Shown piece after piece: positions 42,846-47,379 of a stretch of DNA of 47,379 bases. The notes under the pieces were generated by a model. It made no database searches. It was given only the letters and a program-made list of their open reading frames with translations, and was not told where the DNA came from. This DNA comes from Fidelibacterota bacterium (GTDB lineage Bacteria; Fidelibacterota; Marinisomatia; Marinisomatales; TCS55). How positions within the stretch are numbered: position 1 is the stretch's first letter; the number at the start of each line of letters is the position of its first letter. The stretch is taken from positions 1-47,379 of the forward strand of contig JBJKZU010000089.1 in assembly GCA_045569095.1 (NCBI GenBank), given 5' to 3'. A program made the translations under genes and the position numbers.

Positions 42846-43976
42846 ATGACAACCACAAGAAATCTTAAAGCTAAAAAAGTTATACGCACTGCCGGTCTCA
42901 TGACCGGGACATCCATGGATGGATTGGACATTTCTATAGCGGACATTGGTCTGAGTAATAATACTGCTAATTTTAATATGATAGGAACAACATCTATACC
43001 ATATCCAAGTGATTTACAATCTCAGATCCGTCAAGCGGTTTATGATACTAGAAAATATAGCAGTACATTAGACCGCGATCTTGGTAAATGGTACGCAGAA
43101 AAATTATTTAAATATTTACAGTCAGAATCCATCGATAATATTGAACTTATTGGCTCGCACGGCCAAACTATTCATCATGTTAGTGGGCAATCCACCTTGC
43201 AGATCGGTGATCCATCTTTTTTAGCGGGAAAATTTAACATACCAGTAATATCTGATTTTCGAACTGCTGATATTTGTGCAGGTGGTACGGGTGCACCCCT
43301 AATGCCCAGAGTAGATGAATGGTTATTTAGGAATACTGATACTGCCATAATAACGCTGAATCTTGGAGGTATTGCAAATGTAACTTTACTGCCATGCATC
43401 AATCATGGTGAGGTTATTGGTTTTGATACAGGACCAGGGATGGCGTTACTGGATGAGACCTTTATTGAAGAATTTAAGGAAGGCATAGATATAGGAGGAA
43501 AACTTGCACTAGAGGGTAATGCACATAAAGATTTGGTAAATAACTGGCTGAAAGAGGCATATTTCTTTGAACTGCCACCTAAATCTACAGGTCGTGATCA
43601 GTTTGGAATCAATTGGCTGGCCGATCATCGGCAAGAACTTGGTTCTCTTACCAGTGCAGATCAATTAGCAACCCTATCATTATTTACTACGCAGTCAGTA
43701 TTTTTAGCTTGTGAACAATTTATCAGAGATCATCCAGTGGATCGTGTGATTGTTAGTGGCGGGGGAACACACCATGGTTGTATTATAAAACAATTGGTAG
43801 AATGGTTTAATCCCATTGCAGTGACACCATCAAATGAACTAGGTGTATCTGTAGATGGCAAAGAAGCACTTGGTTTTGCCATATTAGCGGTTGCTCATGT
43901 AAAAGGTATTCCTGGGAATATTCCTTCAGTTACCGGTGCGAAAAAAGCATTAGTTCTGGGGAAAATGACCTTATGA
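42846..43976 (+). CDS. anmK: anhydro-N-acetylmuramic acid kinase
   Basis: N-terminal signature GLMTGTSMDGLDISI, GSHGQTIHH, a GGTGAPL-type motif and C-terminal VSGGG. Confidence 0.85.
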   Translation: MTTTRNLKAKKVIRTAGLMTGTSMDGLDISIADIGLSNNTANFNMIGTTSIPYPSDLQSQIRQAVYDTRKYSSTLDRDLGKWYAEKLFKYLQSESIDNIELIGSHGQTIHHVSGQSTLQIGDPSFLAGKFNIPVISDFRTADICAGGTGAPLMPRVDEWLFRNTDTAIITLNLGGIANVTLLPCINHGEVIGFDTGPGMALLDETFIEEFKEGIDIGGKLALEGNAHKDLVNNWLKEAYFFELPPKSTGRDQFGINWLADHRQELGSLTSADQLATLSLFTTQSVFLACEQFIRDHPVDRVIVSGGGTHHGCIIKQLVEWFNPIAVTPSNELGVSVDGKEALGFAILAVAHVKGIPGNIPSVTGAKKALVLGKMTL

Positions 43977-45157
43977 TCTTGATCCAGGATCCAGTTGCCA
44001 TTTTAGTCTATTTACTGACTTTAATTGGCTTGATTTACTGGCTAAATGAGCAAGCTGCGTTAGCAGGGCTCTTTAAATATCTGCCCACAGTTATTTGGAT
44101 CTATTTTTTACCCATGCTTTCCACCACATTAGGAATTCTACCAGAATCATCTGTTCTTTATGATTGGATCAAGACCTATTTATTACCACCGGCCCTAATA
44201 TTATTATTACTATCTGCTAATTTACCTACTTTGGCTAAGCTTGGTTCAAAGGCAATATTCATGATGTTGATAGGCACGATAGGAGTGGTAGTTGGTGGTG
44301 CAATTTCATTGGCTCTGTTTGGTCCTTGGTTGCCAGCAGATGCATGGCAGGGTATGGGCGCACTTTCTGGCAGTTGGATTGGTGGTAGTGCCAACATGGT
44401 TGCAGTAGGCACATCTATTGGTACACGGGATGATCTATTTGGTATAATGATCATCGTGGATACGGTTGTAGGATATGGTTGGCTGGGTATAGTGATATTT
44501 TTCTCTGCTTATCAGCAACGCCTTGATGATTGGAACGAGGTGAATACTGAATTAATTGATGAACTAAATATTCAGATGAATGAAGTAATGAATACTGGTC
44601 GCCGACCGATGGAGTTTAATGATTTGATAGCTATGTTAGCGTTGGGAATAGTTGGAGGCTTTATCGCTTTGAAATTTGGGCAATGGTTACCGGATCTAGG
44701 CAGGGTGATAACCAGTTTTGGCTGGACAATCATTATTGTTACCGCTTTGGGGATTATTTTATCTCTAACACCATTATCAGATTTGGAAAAAGCTGGAGCA
44801 TCCCACATTGGTAATGTTTTTCTATATTTGTTATTAGCTACAATTGGTGCCAAAGCAGATCTTAATGCTATTTTAGAAGCACCCCTATTTTTATTAGTTG
44901 GTGTGGTATGGATTATTATTCATGCTGTAATCTTGTTTATTGGCGGACGCCTTTTAAAAGCACCTATGTTTTTAATCGCTACCAGTAGTCAGGCTAATAT
45001 TGGCGGTGTAGTTAGTGCGCCAATAGTGGCATCAGTTTATCAAAAATCTCTTGCACCTGTGGGTTTATTAATGGGTGTTATGGGCAATGTTATTGGTATT
45101 TATTTTGGTTTATTTACCGCTTGGGTTTTATCCCTTATTGCAGGGATTTATTATTAA
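43973..45157 (+). CDS. DUF819-family polytopic membrane protein (putative transporter)
   Basis: 394 aa, 10 or more TM helices. GSWIGGSANMVA and a central hydrophilic loop are typical of DUF819 as I recall it. ATGA overlap with anmK. Confidence 0.6.
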   Translation: MILIQDPVAILVYLLTLIGLIYWLNEQAALAGLFKYLPTVIWIYFLPMLSTTLGILPESSVLYDWIKTYLLPPALILLLLSANLPTLAKLGSKAIFMMLIGTIGVVVGGAISLALFGPWLPADAWQGMGALSGSWIGGSANMVAVGTSIGTRDDLFGIMIIVDTVVGYGWLGIVIFFSAYQQRLDDWNEVNTELIDELNIQMNEVMNTGRRPMEFNDLIAMLALGIVGGFIALKFGQWLPDLGRVITSFGWTIIIVTALGIILSLTPLSDLEKAGASHIGNVFLYLLLATIGAKADLNAILEAPLFLLVGVVWIIIHAVILFIGGRLLKAPMFLIATSSQANIGGVVSAPIVASVYQKSLAPVGLLMGVMGNVIGIYFGLFTAWVLSLIAGIYY

Positions 45158-45204
45158 CATAATTCCCTTAGTAATCATTATTAAATTCAATGATAAAGGA
45201 CTGA

Positions 45205-46434
45205 ATGAGTATGCATATCTGTATTTATGAAGATTCTGGGTGTAATAACCTGCAGCCTATGGCCTATGTGCGCCCCGTTTATGATCTATTTTGTGGAATA
45301 GTATCACTACAGGAAAAATTGACCAGAAACTTCCCGCAAGCATCACTCACCCTGCATACAAGATCAGTTCTTGAAAAAGTAGTACGGGATCGCTACCCGG
45401 ATTGCTTAGTGAATGAATTTCCAGCTGGTCTGAAAGAGATTGTATTTATCAATGGACGAACTCTTTTAAACTCTAAAACTGAATTGAATAAATTAGGCGA
45501 GAACCAATCTTTCACAATAAATGACAAAGTAGTTGCAGCTAGGTTAAGCGGCGCTGGATTAGCGACGGTTATCGAGACAGTTCAAAATGGTATGACAATT
45601 GATTTAGATGAAATTGCAATTAAAAAACAAGAAATTGATGGTGTATTAGTTGAATATATCTGGGACCTTATCCAGGCCAATAGTGATCAAATAAGATCGG
45701 ACTTTGCGTTTGCTACTCAAGGAAGAGAATCGTCTTTCAATGATAACGCAACTGTAATCCATAATCAAAATGTTTTTATCGATAAGACTGCAAAAATTAT
45801 GCCGCAAGTGGTAGTTGATGGATCAAATGGTCCGGTTTTTATCGATCGTAATGTGGTGATCCAACCGCATGTGTTCATACAGGGTCCAGTCTATATTGGC
45901 CCAAATGTTATGATCAAAGCAGGTGCACAGATCTACAGTGGTAGTAGTATTGCTGAAGGATGTAAAATTGGTGGAGAAGTAAATAATTCTATAATTCTAC
46001 CCTGGTCAAATAAAGCGCATAGTGGATACCTGGGTAGTTCATATGTTGGGTCCTGGGTAAATATTGGTGCTGGAACAAACAATAGTAATCTGAAAAACAA
46101 TTATGGTGCAGTAAAAGTAACAGTCAATGGTGAAGTTATTGACACTGGTTTACAATTTATGGGTTTGATAATGGGTGATCATTCAAAATGTGGGATTAAT
46201 ACAACATTTAATACTGGTACCAACGTAGGAATTAACTGTAACCTTTTTGGATCAGCGATGCATGAAAAACATATTCCATCTTTTACCTGGGGTAGTGCCA
46301 ATGATGGTTATACCAACTATACACTTAAAAAAGCATTATCCGTTAATAAAATGGTTATGGCACGGAGAAAGAAATCCCTCACAAAAAATGATGAAGAGTT
46401 GTTAAAGAACATTTCTCAATTAATCATTGGTTAA
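45205..46434 (+). CDS. GlmU-like putative sugar-nucleotidyltransferase/acyltransferase with a left-handed beta-helix
   Basis: N-terminal pattern ICIYEDSGCNNLQPMAYVRPVYDLFCGIVSLQEKL. C-terminal hexapeptide repeats (IGPNVMIKAGAQI, IAEGCKIGGEV, VGSWVNIGAGT). Resembles the alternative bacterial GlmU family. Confidence 0.6.
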   Translation: MSMHICIYEDSGCNNLQPMAYVRPVYDLFCGIVSLQEKLTRNFPQASLTLHTRSVLEKVVRDRYPDCLVNEFPAGLKEIVFINGRTLLNSKTELNKLGENQSFTINDKVVAARLSGAGLATVIETVQNGMTIDLDEIAIKKQEIDGVLVEYIWDLIQANSDQIRSDFAFATQGRESSFNDNATVIHNQNVFIDKTAKIMPQVVVDGSNGPVFIDRNVVIQPHVFIQGPVYIGPNVMIKAGAQIYSGSSIAEGCKIGGEVNNSIILPWSNKAHSGYLGSSYVGSWVNIGAGTNNSNLKNNYGAVKVTVNGEVIDTGLQFMGLIMGDHSKCGINTTFNTGTNVGINCNLFGSAMHEKHIPSFTWGSANDGYTNYTLKKALSVNKMVMARRKKSLTKNDEELLKNISQLIIG

Positions 46435-46455
46435 TATTTAATATAAGATTTTATG

Positions 46456-47379
46456 TTAAGTGCTATTGAATGTGAAAATGTATTCCATTATCTGATTAGC
46501 AATTTCTATTGGACTTCCTGAATTTCGGTTAGTCAAGATCACAATACTCATTTTTTCATCTGGGAATCTCATGTAAACATTTCGAAACCCACGAGTGCTA
46601 CCAGTGTGGTATAATCGGATTCTATATAAATAAGAGTCCAGTAGCCAACCAAATCCATATCCTGTCTCACTACCATTATCCAATGTACCTGATACAAATG
46701 CTTCGTTCAAAATCGTAAATGGTACTAATTCTTCGGTATTGAGAATTTGATCCCATTTAAACATGTCATCTAATGAGGAATAAATACCTCCATCACCAAG
46801 CACAGCGCTCGTGATACTTTGGTCATCACGGATAAATTCACTATCAATTTGTGAATAGCCATATGCTCTATTTTCAACTGTTGAAATTCCATCCTCAAAA
46901 GCGATACTATTTGACATTCCCAGTGGAAAAAAAATTTCATCCTCAAGGAATTCAGCAAATTCTTTTCCGGACACATTTTTTACTATCATTGCAAGTAAAG
47001 CGTAGCCGGAGTTACTATAGCGGTATTCTGTCCCAGGAGGGAAAGAGGTGGTTGTTTGCGCCATCATAAGATTCAAAACATCTTGATCTTTTAATTGTTG
47101 TGAAACTGTGTCTGGTATCAAAGTAAAATAGTCTATAAGCCCTGATGTATGATGTAGAAGATGCCTGATGGTTATATTATTGCCATAATCAGGAAAATCA
47201 GGAAAAATATCAGTTAATGTTAGTTCATAGTCTAACTGTCCCCGACTGTTTAGGATCATGATGCACATTGCGGTGAATTGCTTTGTAAGTGATGCCAGTC
47301 TAAAATTTGTTGCAGATGTGATTGGAATGCTTTCTTGAAGGTTGGCTAATCCGTAACCTTTTGAATATATGATATTACC
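46456..47379 (-). CDS. beta-lactamase-fold serine hydrolase (class C / DD-peptidase / AmiE-like), 5-prime end beyond the window
   Basis: The frame stays open upstream of the ORF-track Met to the window edge (GNIIYSKGYGLANLQESIPITSATNFRLASLTKQFTA...). That extension supplies the SxxK motif (SLTK). YSN (YRYSNSGY) and HTG motifs lie downstream. Confidence 0.8.
   Translation of the reverse strand, partial: GNIIYSKGYGLANLQESIPITSATNFRLASLTKQFTAMCIMILNSRGQLDYELTLTDIFPDFPDYGNNITIRHLLHHTSGLIDYFTLIPDTVSQQLKDQDVLNLMMAQTTTSFPPGTEYRYSNSGYALLAMIVKNVSGKEFAEFLEDEIFFPLGMSNSIAFEDGISTVENRAYGYSQIDSEFIRDDQSITSAVLGDGGIYSSLDDMFKWDQILNTEELVPFTILNEAFVSGTLDNGSETGYGFGWLLDSYLYRIRLYHTGSTRGFRNVYMRFPDEKMSIVILTNRNSGSPIEIANQIMEYIFTFNST

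Noticed and set aside
42716-42946. 76-aa minus-strand ORF spanning the GHL10/anmK divergent intergenic region and the anmK start.
   Set aside because: It overlaps the well-supported anmK N-terminus and is rich in Ile/Leu from AT-rich DNA. It has no ribosome-binding context and no motif.
1-47379. Looked for mobile elements, CRISPR arrays, tRNA/rRNA genes, toxin-antitoxin pairs, restriction-modification systems or other defence-system signatures (nucleases, helicases, methyltransferases, STAND/TIR/Sir2-like proteins).
   Set aside because: Every ORF above about 100 aa has a metabolic, transport, envelope or signalling assignment, or belongs to the unknowns listed in the findings. The longest non-coding gap is 187 nt. 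No direct-repeat arrays or inverted terminal repeats were seen by eye. A computational repeat search was not possible.
37917-47379. Interpreting the two beta-lactamase-fold domains (39.7-40.8 kb and 46456-47379) as antibiotic-resistance beta-lactamases.
   Set aside because: The context is cell-wall sugar salvage. One is fused to NagZ and has YSD instead of YxN. This fold family also includes amidases (AmiE), esterases and DD-peptidases. Nothing in the sequence supports a resistance role.

Overview
47.4-kb chromosomal window from an AT-rich, tightly packed bacterial genome. T9SS-type C-terminal sorting domains, a PorV-like barrel and a CarboxypepD_reg TonB-dependent receptor suggest the FCB group (Bacteroidota / Ignavibacteria / Marinimicrobia-like), but taxonomy cannot be settled from the sequence alone. 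I found no rRNA, tRNA, CRISPR, transposase, integrase or recognisable defence genes. Content in order: (1) 1-5760, + strand: aa3-type cytochrome c oxidase module (CoxI C-terminal part, CoxIII, CoxIV, two tiny coupled membrane proteins, CuA subunit II, heme A synthase, heme O synthase, SCO1/SenC, DUF420). (2) 5752-10371, - strand: a stand-alone 1,539-aa fusion of an acyl-AMP/CoA ligase, about 780 aa of unknown sequence with a kinase-like core, and a C-terminal GNAT. This is my top candidate for something undescribed. (3) 10451-17906, - strand: a translationally coupled trio of TonB-dependent receptor, 1,045-aa secreted protein with a T9SS-like C-terminal domain, and PorV-like barrel, ended by a strong terminator. 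(4) 18060-23352, + strand: GAF/HD-GYP phosphodiesterase, DASS transporter with TrkA-C domains, MATE exporter, pterin-4a-carbinolamine dehydratase. (5) 23456-30777, + strand: an 8-gene operon joining a split MaoC hydratase, a Liv-type ABC importer and a long-chain acyl-CoA ligase. (6) 30784-35452, - strand: a reduced atu-like (acyclic-terpene-utilisation-like) cluster in which all three larger intergenic gaps hold truncated gene stubs (acyl-CoA dehydrogenase N-terminus, Rossmann N-terminus, family III CoA-transferase C-terminus), plus a perfect 16-bp palindrome. (7) 35460-47379: a peptidoglycan / amino-sugar scavenging locus (HGSNAT-like acetyltransferase, BadF-type sugar kinase, NagZ fused to a beta-lactamase-fold domain, T9SS-targeted GHL10 hydrolase, AnmK coupled to a DUF819 membrane protein, GlmU-like LbH protein, second beta-lactamase-fold hydrolase cut by the window edge). 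All calls come from motif reading of the supplied translations and of the intergenic DNA. No database search, structure prediction or composition statistic was run.
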